From: an uncultured virus (IMG/VR IMGVR_UViG_3300028215_000034)
Lineage: Duplodnaviria > Heunggongvirae > Uroviricota > Caudoviricetes > Schitoviridae
IMG/VR virus record: IMGVR_UViG_3300028215_000034
DNA length: 20,000 nt
Strand: one strand, 5' to 3'
Positions within the stretch are counted from its first letter, which is position 1. Each line of letters starts with the position of its first letter. Position numbers and translations under genes: made by a program. Below, piece by piece: positions 1 through 9,241 of this stretch. A model generated the notes under the pieces. The model was given only the letters and a program-made list of their open reading frames with translations. It ran no database searches and had not been told where the DNA came from.

Positions 1-3
1 ATC

Positions 4-366
4 ATGGAACACCTCAAGCACATCATTGAACAGGCAATCGAAGATGGTCCAATGTGTATTCAGTATGAATCTGATGATGATGCACCTGTTTTAATCACCA
101 ATGACCTCATACGTTTTAACGGTATTGGTGATGAGGCCCATGAAACGTTTGGTCTGAGCCGCATTGATGTAGGTGAGTTTGATTTCTGTAAGACAGCCAA
201 CAAACCGTATGACAAGTTTGTAGTTTACGTTCTCATTCTGGCTCATAACCTCGCACCTGGGTGTTACATCATCACATCCGATGGTGACGCAAGCGACTGG
301 CAAGAATACTTGAATCAACTCAACAGGATTTGCGCCACCGCCTACACACTACCCGAAACCATTTAA
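4..366 (+). CDS. Phage hypothetical protein (possibly 5'-truncated by window edge)
   Basis: 120-aa ORF with phage-type motifs FNG..HETF, FCKTANKPYD and SDGD; the frame is open to the window start. Confidence 0.75.
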   Translation: MEHLKHIIEQAIEDGPMCIQYESDDDAPVLITNDLIRFNGIGDEAHETFGLSRIDVGEFDFCKTANKPYDKFVVYVLILAHNLAPGCYIITSDGDASDWQEYLNQLNRICATAYTLPETI

Positions 367-374
367 CCCCATAA

Positions 375-403
375 ACACAGGCACCCTCCGGGTGCTTTTG
401 TGT
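375..403 (+). terminator. Intergenic hairpin: intrinsic terminator or N4-type hairpin promoter
   Basis: GCACCC-TCC-GGGTGC (381-395) followed by TTTT; flanks ACACA (375-379) and TGTGT (399-403) can extend the stem. Confidence 0.55.
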
Positions 404-434
404 ATCTAAAACCCCTCTTTTACAAGGAATACCC

Positions 435-1478
435 ATGGACACCACAATTACTCTCCCTGACGCCAGGGTGATGATTGAGCGTTGTATCCGTGCAAATTTG
501 GTGCCCAACTTATTGGGTAGCCCGGGTTGCGGAAAATCAGCTCTGATTCATCAGATCGCAGAAGAATTCAATCTCAAAGTCATCGACCTTCGATTGTCGC
601 AATGCGACCCCACAGACCTACTCGGATTTCCCGACATTGATCGTGAGCGTAACAAAGCCGGCTATGTCCCTATGGAGACGTTCCCTATTGAAGGGGATGA
701 GCTACCTGTTAACCCAAAAACCGGTCAGAAATACTCAGGCTGGTTGCTGTTCCTGGACGAAGCCAACGGCGCTGATAACGAGACCACCAAGGCCTCCTAC
801 AAGCTCGTCAACGATAAGATGGTGGGTGTTAACCGCCTACACTCGAATGTCGCTATCGTCTGTGCAGGCAACCTGGTGACCGACAACGCATTGGTCGAGG
901 AACAAGGCACGGCCATGCAATCACGACAAGTCCACATGGTCATGAAAGTAGACCCTGAAGCCTGGCTGACCTGGGCACGCGCTAACGGTATCGATTACCG
1001 CATCACTTCATGGATCGAGTTCAAGCCAGACGAGCTGTTCAAATTTGATCCAGAAAACGATGACCTCAACTTTCGCTGCCCCAGAACCTGGGAATTTCTG
1101 TCTCGTCTGATCAAAGGCATTGCAGAGCTGACGCCACTGGATCGTATCCTGATGGCTGGCACTATCTCAGAAACAGGCTCCAGCGCCTTCTACGCCTTTA
1201 CCAAGGTCTTTGAAGACTTGCCCACAGCCAAGCAAATCTGTGCAGACCCAAACAACGTTCCGGTACCCAGAGAGCCTTCAACTACTTGGGCACTGACCGG
1301 GGCCTTGGGCCAATACGCAACCGAAAACAACATCTCGGACATCATGAAATACATCAACCGGATCTCAAAAGAGTTCCAAATTGTATCCATGAAAGAGATC
1401 GCCCGTCAGACACCCAAACTGAAAAATTCAGCTCCCTTTGTGGAGTGGGTGACTCAAAACGCACACGAATACTTTTAA
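435..1478 (+). CDS. MoxR-like AAA+ ATPase (N4 gp24-like)
   Basis: Walker A GSPGCGKS, IDLRLSQ..PTDLLG, Walker B LLFLDE, AGN sensor, CPRTWE; RBS AAGGAA at 424-429. Confidence 0.9.
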   Translation: MDTTITLPDARVMIERCIRANLVPNLLGSPGCGKSALIHQIAEEFNLKVIDLRLSQCDPTDLLGFPDIDRERNKAGYVPMETFPIEGDELPVNPKTGQKYSGWLLFLDEANGADNETTKASYKLVNDKMVGVNRLHSNVAIVCAGNLVTDNALVEEQGTAMQSRQVHMVMKVDPEAWLTWARANGIDYRITSWIEFKPDELFKFDPENDDLNFRCPRTWEFLSRLIKGIAELTPLDRILMAGTISETGSSAFYAFTKVFEDLPTAKQICADPNNVPVPREPSTTWALTGALGQYATENNISDIMKYINRISKEFQIVSMKEIARQTPKLKNSAPFVEWVTQNAHEYF

Positions 1479-1487
1479 GGAGTAATT

Positions 1488-2603
1488 ATGTTAGACCGCG
1501 AGAAGGCCCTGGATAAGGCCAAAATACAGTTAATGGGTCACCCAGATACCGCCTTCTTTACGTCGGTCTGTTTCTCACTGATTCACATCTGGGATGACAC
1601 CATACCAACGGCTGAAACGGATGGCCTGAGTATCTGGTACAACACCCAGTTTTTCATGAATCTGAGTGAGGAAGAACGTTTATTCTTACTCCTACATGAA
1701 ACCCTGCACGTAGCTCTACGGCACATGACACGTCTTAACGGCCGGGACCGTTCACGGTGGAACCAGGCAGCGGATTACGTCATCAATGCCATGTTGATTA
1801 ACCGTGGATTTAAGATGCCTAAAGGTGGCTTATACGATGCCATGTATGAAGGCATGGGCAGTGAAGAGATCTACGATCTTCTATCCAGTGACAGCCCAAC
1901 CTCACCTTGGGACGATCTTATCCCTGGTGGCGACAATGAAGCTTCCGCAGATACCGATGCTGCTATTGATGACATTTTGATTCGAGCTAATCTTCAGTCG
2001 CAGATTTCTAAAGACAAAGCAGGCTCCGTTCCCCAGGAGATCCAGCTTTACATCAACAGCCTACTGACCCCTAAGCTACCCTGGCACCGTATTTTTGCAC
2101 GCTACATGGCCAAGTTCTCCAAGAGCGGGTATTCCTGGCGCAAACCAAATCGACGGTTCTTTCCAAAGCACTATCTACCCAGTCGCTACAGCACATCTTT
2201 GTGTGACATAGCCATGGGTATGGATATTTCCGCGTCGGTACAGGTTCACCAGTTTGAGCAATTTGTGGCAGAGGCCCACAGCGTCATCAAGAAGCACAAG
2301 CCCGACAACCTCACGTTGATTCAATTCGATACCGTCATTAAGTCTGTCACCAACATCAAAACCGCCAAAGACCTGATGAACGTCAAATTCTTTGGCCGAG
2401 GCGGTACTCGTATCAAGCCCATTATTGATTGGGCTGTCGAAAACAAGCCAAGCCTATTGGTGATCTTCACTGACGGCGGCTTCCACAATTCATTACCTAA
2501 CCCCGGCGTACCGGTGGTCTGGATCATTAATGACAACCCTGGCTACGTCCCTCCTTGGGGCACAACCATCCACCTAAGTACAAAATTAAGGAACGTCGCA
2601 TGA
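1488..2603 (+). CDS. Metallopeptidase-like plus vWA domain protein (DUF2201-type, N4 gp25-like)
   Basis: PTAETDG, HETLH (HExxH), WNQAADYVIN; C-terminal MIDAS-like DISAS, GRGGT, IFTDG; RBS AAGGAG; adjacent to the AAA gene. Confidence 0.9.
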   Translation: MLDREKALDKAKIQLMGHPDTAFFTSVCFSLIHIWDDTIPTAETDGLSIWYNTQFFMNLSEEERLFLLLHETLHVALRHMTRLNGRDRSRWNQAADYVINAMLINRGFKMPKGGLYDAMYEGMGSEEIYDLLSSDSPTSPWDDLIPGGDNEASADTDAAIDDILIRANLQSQISKDKAGSVPQEIQLYINSLLTPKLPWHRIFARYMAKFSKSGYSWRKPNRRFFPKHYLPSRYSTSLCDIAMGMDISASVQVHQFEQFVAEAHSVIKKHKPDNLTLIQFDTVIKSVTNIKTAKDLMNVKFFGRGGTRIKPIIDWAVENKPSLLVIFTDGGFHNSLPNPGVPVVWIINDNPGYVPPWGTTIHLSTKLRNVA

Positions 2604-3853
2604 GCGAACTGACTCTCACTAAAGGACAGCAGGCCGGCTATGAAGCCTTTGTCCAGTACATCATGAATGTGCTGGAAACCGTCTTCGTTATCGAAGGCTA
2701 CTCCGGTACCGGTAAAACCACCCTGGTACAGACCATCCTGGATCGCCTACCAAAGATTCTGAGTGACGCTAAGGCTGTCGGTTCCGGTGACGGCCCAAAG
2801 TGGGAGTTGCTGTTGACCGCTACGACTAACAAGGCAGCAGAAGCTTTTTCTCAGATCACCGGCGCCGAGGTCCGTACCATTCACAGTGCTTTAGGCCTGC
2901 GAGTGCATAAGGATTACAGCACCAACAAATCAACGCTCATCGCACGCAGCAATGCAGCACTGGTTGAGGACACGATCCTGGTCATCGACGAGGCCAGCAA
3001 CATCGACCACAACCTGATGGCATTGATTTTCGAGCGCACCCGTAATTGCAAAATTGTGTTCATTGGTGACCCAGCTCAAACCCTGGCCGTTGGCGCAACT
3101 AAAGCACCCGTCTTCAGTTCCAACTTCAAAACAGCAAAGCTGACAGAAGTGGTACGTCAAGCTAAAGGCAGCCCTATCACCGATCTGGCTACCTCGTTCC
3201 GAAACACGGTAAACCAAGGCGAGTTCTTTTCTTTTAAACCCGATGGCGTGAACATCCAGTATCTACAGCCAGAAGCCTTTGAAGAGGCGATCCTCAACGA
3301 GTTTGACGATCCTGAATGGACACACAACCAATCCAAGGTACTGGCCTGGACCAATAAAAGGGTCATCAGCTACAACCACGGTATCCGTGATTACGTGAAA
3401 GGCGCTCCAAACTTTCACGTTGGTGACTACGCCGTGTGCAACAAATACATCAGCAACGGTAAGAAGTGTTCACTGAAAACCGATCAACTGACGCACATCA
3501 CCCATATCAGCAACGATATAACGCATTTTGATGTATCTGGGAATGTCTTCACTTTGGATAACTACGACGAAGCTTTCATGCCTAAGTCACCAGACGCTAA
3601 GAAAGCTCGCCTGAAACTTGCCAAAAAAGAGGAAGACTATGCCACAGCACGCATCATCGAAGAGACCTGGATCGATCTACGCGCAGCCTATGCCTGCACC
3701 ATCAACAAAGCTCAAGGTTCCACTTACGATAAAGTCTTTATCGACTTAGATGACGTGAAGAAATGCAACAGCGGCAATCAAATTGCCAGGATGCTGTACG
3801 TCGCAGTAAGTCGAGCTAGACACACTGTTTATCTGTGTGGAGATTTAGTTTAA
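2600..3853 (+). CDS. SF1B (Dda/RecD2-like) DNA helicase
   Basis: GYSGTGKT, TATTNKAA, TIHS, IDEAS, GDPAQ, TINKAQGSTY, LYVAVSRAR. Start placed at ATG 2600 (ATGA overlap with the previous stop, RBS AAGGAA 2588-2593) rather than TTG 2555. Confidence 0.92.
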   Translation: MSELTLTKGQQAGYEAFVQYIMNVLETVFVIEGYSGTGKTTLVQTILDRLPKILSDAKAVGSGDGPKWELLLTATTNKAAEAFSQITGAEVRTIHSALGLRVHKDYSTNKSTLIARSNAALVEDTILVIDEASNIDHNLMALIFERTRNCKIVFIGDPAQTLAVGATKAPVFSSNFKTAKLTEVVRQAKGSPITDLATSFRNTVNQGEFFSFKPDGVNIQYLQPEAFEEAILNEFDDPEWTHNQSKVLAWTNKRVISYNHGIRDYVKGAPNFHVGDYAVCNKYISNGKKCSLKTDQLTHITHISNDITHFDVSGNVFTLDNYDEAFMPKSPDAKKARLKLAKKEEDYATARIIEETWIDLRAAYACTINKAQGSTYDKVFIDLDDVKKCNSGNQIARMLYVAVSRARHTVYLCGDLV

Positions 3854-3866
3854 GAGATTGTTATTT

Positions 3867-4388
3867 ATGGAAGATAAAATTGCCTACGACCCCAAAACAA
3901 AAGGAATGATCAAATCTCATATTTATGATTTCCTTTATGGACCCGTTGACAAAGACTTTGCTAATCGCTTGAAGAGTATTATCATTAAAAACTCATTGGC
4001 GTTAGGTAACGGTCAACAATGGGTATGTTTTAAGGGGGCTTACTATTCCTATTCACATACTGACTTACGGCCAGTTCCTATGAATAGGCTTCGAGCCGAC
4101 TTGTATCCGCTGATGAAAGACTATCTTGCTGAAGTTGAGGAGGTGAACAACACAGAAATGCCTTATGTCCTGGGTTTTGTTAACCAGGTGTTAAATTCTT
4201 CTGACAGTATTCAGGATTATTTACGAATGTTTCCCCCTTCTACCCACAAACCCATCAAAGACATTATGGATAAGTGCGTCTGTAGTAATGAACATCTGAA
4301 ACAATCCGATATTAATAAGATACAAAAGAAAAACCTTGTTCCTATCGAATTAATGAAGAAACGCATGGTGCTTAACTTGCTTATTTAA
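3867..4388 (+). CDS. Hypothetical protein between helicase and DNA polymerase (position typical of N4-like phages)
   Basis: Fills the gap between the helicase and polymerase genes on the same strand; AT-rich; ATG at 3867 (alternative TTG 3858). Confidence 0.75.
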   Translation: MEDKIAYDPKTKGMIKSHIYDFLYGPVDKDFANRLKSIIIKNSLALGNGQQWVCFKGAYYSYSHTDLRPVPMNRLRADLYPLMKDYLAEVEEVNNTEMPYVLGFVNQVLNSSDSIQDYLRMFPPSTHKPIKDIMDKCVCSNEHLKQSDINKIQKKNLVPIELMKKRMVLNLLI

Positions 4389-4414
4389 GTTGAGGCCTGA
4401 CCCGGAGAAATGTT

Positions 4415-7079
4415 GTGCGTAACCTCATATTTGAAAACGCGGATAACCACCCGATTGCACTGCTCATCAAAGAGAATGCTTTCAACAAACAAGAGCTAAT
4501 TGCTAATTATCTCACCCCATTAACCGAAGCCGGAATCACTCAGGACAATATTATTGCATTGAGTCTGGCCTACAACGCCGCAGGCAAAGCACCGGTTAAG
4601 TACATCAAGGCTTACCTGGAAGACCTCATGCCCTCGTTAGGGGGCGTAGGCGTTCAGTACATTTACTGTGCTGACGCCGCTTACTTCAAGGCTCTTACTA
4701 AAGCCTCCAAAGCTGAACCTCACTTGGGCTATGTCCTGCCTTGTAAAATGATAGGTTACGAGCATATGCAGGTCATTTTGGGCGTGAACCATAAAAGCCT
4801 ACTCTACAGCCCAGCCAATGAGCCCAAGCTCGATATGTCAATGAACACCTTGATCACCGAGTTTGCCGGCAACTACGTGCCACCGGGTAAGGACATTATC
4901 CACAAGGCCTTCTACCCGGATGACCTGGCCACCATCAAAGACATGCTGACCCAGCTTATGAGCTGTGATCGACTCACCTGTGACATAGAAACTGGCTCAC
5001 TGGACTTTGACAAAGCCGGCGTAGGTACCATCACCTTCTGCTGGAACAAGCACGAAGGCCTGGCGTTTGCCTGTGATTACGTAGCCAACCCTGACGGTAT
5101 TGATGAAGACGGTCAGTATGGCACGCTCGTTCATAACCCAGAGGTGAAAGCCCTACTCAAGGACTTCTTTGAAAACTATACCGGCACCTTGATCTGGCAC
5201 AACAGCCCCTACGACACCAAGATCCTCATCTACGAGCTGTGGATGGAACACTTGCTGGATACCAAAGGTCTGCTGACCGGTCTGGACATATTGCACAAGC
5301 GGCTCCAGGACACAAAGATCATCACGTATCTAGCCACCAACACCACGGCTGGTAACAGTCTGGCTCTCAAGGATCTGGGTCATGAGTTTGCCGGCGCCTA
5401 TGGTATGGGCGATAACATCAAGGACATCCGGCGCATTCCGTTGCCGCAGCTACTGGAATACAACCTCACGGACGGGTTATGTACCTGGTTCGTGTTCGAC
5501 AAATATTACCTAATAATGGTCGAGGACCAACAAGAAGATCTGTATTACGGCTTGATGTTGCCGAGCCAAAAAGTAATCACCCAGATCGAACTCTCAGGTA
5601 TGCCACTGAATCCTGAACAGGTTCAAGTTGCCCGACAAAAACTTGAGCATATTGTTCAGCAGGAGCAAGCCAAATTTGTCAACCTACCGTTGATCAAGCG
5701 GTTGGAGGATAAGCTGACGAATATGGCCTTTAAGAAGGACTTCGAGGATCGCAAGGCCAAAGCCAAGCACCCCGATAAGATCCTTCCCAAGAACCGGGCC
5801 ACGTTCCCGCAGTTTGAGTTCAATCCAGGCAGCGGGCCTCAGCTTCAGATTCTCCTGTACGAAGAAATGGGGCTACCGGTCGTGGATAAAACCAAGACCA
5901 AGCTGCCCGCCACTGGAGGAAAGACACTTGAAAAGTTGGCTAATCATACTACTGATCCTGTCTATCTGGAGCTTATGCAAGCTCTCATCAACCATTCACA
6001 CGCGGATAAGATTCTCACGACGTTTATACCGGCATTTTGAGAAAGCCACCGACAAAGGCGAAACCATCGTCTACTTGCACGGCTCGTTCAACTTAGGCGG
6101 TACCAAGTCCGGCAGACTTTCGTCTTCCGATCCCAACTTGCAGAACATTCCATCAGGCTCAGTCTACGGTAAGTTGATCAAGAGTTGCTTTGAGGCGCCC
6201 GTAGGCTGGTTGTTCGCCGGTGCTGACTTCCGCAGTCTGGAAGATTACGTATCGGCATTAACCACCAAAGACCCAAACAAATTAAAAGTCTACACCGATG
6301 GCTATGACGGCCACTGTTTACGTGCCTTTAGTTATTTCCCGGAACGTCTGCCAGGCATTGTCAATACAGTCGAGTCCATCAACTCCATCGAACACAAGTT
6401 CAAAGACATTCGTCAATTATCCAAAACTCCAACCTTCGCATTAACGTACCAGGGCACCTTTATCACCTTGATGAAGAACCTAGGCTTTGATGAGGCAACC
6501 GCCAAGCAGATCGAGAGGAACTACCACGAACTGTATCAAGTCTCGGATGCCTGGGTACAAGCCAAACTGGATGAAGCAAGCCGCACCGGTTATGTGACAT
6601 TAGCCTTTGGCTTACGCCTGAGAACGCCTCTGTTGGGCCAAACCCTACGGGGCAAACGCAGTACACCTTACGAGGCACAAGCTGAAGGACGCACTGCTGG
6701 CAACGCTCTCGGGCAAAGCTACGGTCTACTCACAAACCGGTCAATGAATGCCTTCATGGATCGAGTATGGAACAGCCGGTACCGGTATGACATCAAACCT
6801 GTAGCGATGATCCATGACGCAAACTACATACTTATCAAAGACAACATTGAGGTAGTGGAGTGGGTCAATAACGAACTGATTAAAGCCATGGAATGGCACG
6901 ACCTACCAGAGCTGTATCACCCTACTGTGAAGATCGGCGCTGCACTGGATGTGTTCTATCCTAACTGGGCCTCACCTTGCACTCTCACCAACTACGCCGA
7001 CAAGAAGGAGATCCGTGCTACGTGTGCGGCCTTTCTGGGAAAAAGTTGGCGGATAAACAAAAGGAAGCAGCATGAATAG
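4415..7079 (+). CDS. polA: Family A DNA polymerase with 3'-5' exonuclease (N4-like), split by a frameshift at 6035-6038
   Basis: Exo motifs TCDIET, HNSPYD, YNLTDG; FNPGS; SGRLSSSDPNLQNIP; motif A DFRSLE, motif B RQLSKTPTFALTYQG, motif C IHDA. Removing one T from TTTT (6035-6038) joins the halves as IPAF-EKAT, about 885 aa. The true stop may be TGA 7073-7075 (KQKEAA*) if the G/A runs at 7037-7044 are miscalled. Confidence 0.92.
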
Positions 7080-7305
7080 TTTCACTGTGTACACACAGGA
7101 CGGGTGCATTTTCTGTACCCGTGCAATCGAACTCCTGCAAAGCAAGAATCAAGCAGTCAACGTAATTAACGTTAATGCAGATCCAGAAACAAAACACCTG
7201 TTCCATCGCCGTGGTTTCAAAACCGTCCCGCAGATTTACCACAATGGTAAGCACGTGGGCGGGTACGACGATCTGGTTATCTACCTGGGGGAGCAAAGCG
7301 AATGA
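7072..7305 (+). CDS. Glutaredoxin
   Basis: CIFC active site, cis-Pro motif TVPQI, GGYDD; 77 aa; RBS AAGGAAG. Confidence 0.92.
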   Translation: MNSFTVYTQDGCIFCTRAIELLQSKNQAVNVINVNADPETKHLFHRRGFKTVPQIYHNGKHVGGYDDLVIYLGEQSE

Positions 7306-7640
7306 GAGCACTCCTCATCACACTGGAAGGGATTGAAGAAGTTCAGCTTGAAACCGTAGACGGTAACCAACTGGATTCCATGTACCGTCTGATTGATTGC
7401 CGCACTGTCACCGGTGCCGGTGGTCCTAACGGCACTCACGTTTGCTACGCAGACGACGAAGCCTTATTCACTCTGTTCAACGGGAGCCAGGTCAATATTG
7501 TGTCGTGGTATCCCGAGAAACTGGTGGGCAAGCTACTGATCACAGGGTTTGACCCAGAGACCGGTGAAACCATTCCCGCCACTATGGATGTCGATGACCT
7601 ACGATCCATGGTCAAAGTAGGAGAATTGCGGTATGAATAA
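7302..7640 (+). CDS. Hypothetical protein (DUF3846-like)
   Basis: MYRLIDC..V, YADDEAL and LVGKLLITG resemble DUF3846-type phage proteins; ATGA overlap with grx. Confidence 0.65.
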   Translation: MRALLITLEGIEEVQLETVDGNQLDSMYRLIDCRTVTGAGGPNGTHVCYADDEALFTLFNGSQVNIVSWYPEKLVGKLLITGFDPETGETIPATMDVDDLRSMVKVGELRYE

Positions 7641-7872
7641 CGAAGACAGAGCTGAAGCAGCCTGGTGCGGAATCACAGCATATTGCGAAGCAAAGGAACA
7701 AACGCCAGAGCTGTACGATGAACTCAACACAGTAGTTCAAGATCTGATTGTTGATTTGTTACACGTAGTAGATCTCACTAAAACTGACCCGGCAACAATA
7801 CTGCGTAACGCACGTATGAATTACGAAGCTGAAATTGAAGATGAAATTGAGTATGACTCACATGATGACTAA
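7633..7872 (+). CDS. Hypothetical acidic protein
   Basis: 79 aa, RBS AGGAGA, overlaps the upstream stop; DLIVDLLH helix. Confidence 0.7.
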   Translation: MNNEDRAEAAWCGITAYCEAKEQTPELYDELNTVVQDLIVDLLHVVDLTKTDPATILRNARMNYEAEIEDEIEYDSHDD

Positions 7873-7892
7873 AAAAAAAAAAGAGCTAAGTT

Positions 7893-8246
7893 ATGATTGA
7901 ACCAACTTACACGGTGGTTGATTTGTTTATATTAGCCTTCTCTGTGTTATCAGGCATGTTGTTTTACTACGAGATCCTGAAGCCTTTTGTACGTAAACAG
8001 TTTGCCCGTTATAAAGATCATGGAGAAAGCCGTAAAGCACTTAATAAAAAGCAGGAATTTTATGATGGGTACGGTTGGGCCATGGCCGAAGTACGATTGT
8101 ATAATGAGTCAATAAGCTACCTGGAGATGCACGCCATGAGCCACCTTACAAATGAAACCTGTGAGTTTAGGAATGGTATTGAACGAGCGGTTCAAGACCT
8201 GTTACTAATTAAACTTGGTGGGTATATTGAGGTATCTGATTCATGA
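7893..8246 (+). CDS. Hypothetical protein with N-terminal membrane anchor
   Basis: Hydrophobic VVDLFILAFSVLSGMLFYY followed by a basic stretch; ATGA overlap with the next gene. Confidence 0.7.
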   Translation: MIEPTYTVVDLFILAFSVLSGMLFYYEILKPFVRKQFARYKDHGESRKALNKKQEFYDGYGWAMAEVRLYNESISYLEMHAMSHLTNETCEFRNGIERAVQDLLLIKLGGYIEVSDS

Positions 8247-8758
8247 ATTTTCAAAAACCTAAGTATTTCGGCTTCTACTGGGCTATCGCCCACGAAGCCG
8301 CTGCTCAATCTGTCGCTACCCGGCATAAGGTCGGGGCGGTGGTAGTAACACTCTCAGGTATGATCAGCACAGGCTGGAATGGAATGCCGGCCGGTATGGA
8401 TAACAACTGTGAAAATGGTGAAGTGGTTAAGGTATATAACGAGGACGGTATCTATCAGGGTGAACGCCTCAAAACCAGTTCTGAAGTCATACACGCTGAA
8501 CGTAACGCCATCGACAAGATGACCCGTCAAGGTGTCGGTACCGAAGGCGCTATCTTGTTCATCACTCGGGCACCCTGCCTGGAGTGCGGAAAAGCCCTGC
8601 AAGGCCTTGGCTTGTCTACGGTCCACTACGACGAAGACCATGACGACATGCAAGGTGTAGAGCTTCTGAGAGCTACTGGCACAATGGTCATCAAACGATC
8701 AGCGCCTATAACAACACCACCTGAATCTCACAACGAAACTTACCAACTGTCAGCATAG
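8243..8758 (+). CDS. dCMP deaminase (cytidine/deoxycytidylate deaminase family)
   Basis: KVGAVVV, TGWNG, zinc-binding HAERNA and PCLEC. Confidence 0.92.
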   Translation: MNFQKPKYFGFYWAIAHEAAAQSVATRHKVGAVVVTLSGMISTGWNGMPAGMDNNCENGEVVKVYNEDGIYQGERLKTSSEVIHAERNAIDKMTRQGVGTEGAILFITRAPCLECGKALQGLGLSTVHYDEDHDDMQGVELLRATGTMVIKRSAPITTPPESHNETYQLSA

Positions 8759-8782
8759 GCCTCCGGCCTGTCTGTGGTTTTT
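8751..8782 (+). terminator. Hairpin: terminator-like or N4-type hairpin promoter
   Basis: AGGCC-TCC-GGCCT (8757-8769), extendable with a G-U pair and a bulge; T-run at 8778-8782. Confidence 0.4.
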
Positions 8783-8801
8783 AATCATCAAGGCTTCCAC
8801 C

Positions 8802-9035
8802 ATGATCTTCCACACCCGTGTGGGTGGTATCCCCTGCCAGTGTCTGGTGTACAGCTATTACCCTGCTGTACCCATGAGAATTACCGGCACCGGCTTTGGG
8901 GATGCCGACCCACCTGAACCAGAAGTCTTTGAGTTCCGTTTACTGGATCGTAAAGGTTATCCAGCAAACTGGCTTGAAAGCAAATTAACCCTCAATGACC
9001 ACCATCGACTTTTAAAGGAATACCTAGCTTTATGA
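8802..9035 (+). CDS. Phage hypothetical protein
   Basis: 77 aa, ATGA-coupled to the next gene; GIPCQC, DPPEP and LDRKGYPANWLE segments. Confidence 0.7.
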   Translation: MIFHTRVGGIPCQCLVYSYYPAVPMRITGTGFGDADPPEPEVFEFRLLDRKGYPANWLESKLTLNDHHRLLKEYLAL

Positions 9036-9241
9036 ACCTTAACGAGATGTTAGCTCAAATCCACACCATGTTGAAGCAGAGCTGCTTCTCAGACATTGTT
9101 GAAGTCACCGGTGTATCACCTTCGTGTGTATGGCACTGGCGCAATGGACCACCTGAGAAGCCTAGCCTCTTGGTGTTTTCAAAACTGGCTCGCTACTGCG
9201 GCCAGAACCCTACTCTGAAGCAACTGGAGGTTTTACTGTGA
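9032..9241 (+). CDS. Cro/XRE-like helix-turn-helix protein
   Basis: FSDIVEVTGVSPSCVWHWRNG..KPSLLVFSKLA fits the XRE HTH pattern. Confidence 0.75.
   Translation: MNLNEMLAQIHTMLKQSCFSDIVEVTGVSPSCVWHWRNGPPEKPSLLVFSKLARYCGQNPTLKQLEVLL

Noticed and set aside
6038..6040. TGA readthrough or alternative genetic code in the polymerase
   Set aside because: The in-frame continuation (ESHRQRRNHRLL...) is not polymerase-like. The conserved motifs are in the +1 frame, and TGA serves as a normal stop at many ATGA overlaps.
5814..6040. Intron, intein or naturally split polymerase gene
   Set aside because: There is no intervening sequence; the halves join with a single-base change, and ORF 5814 has no credible start.
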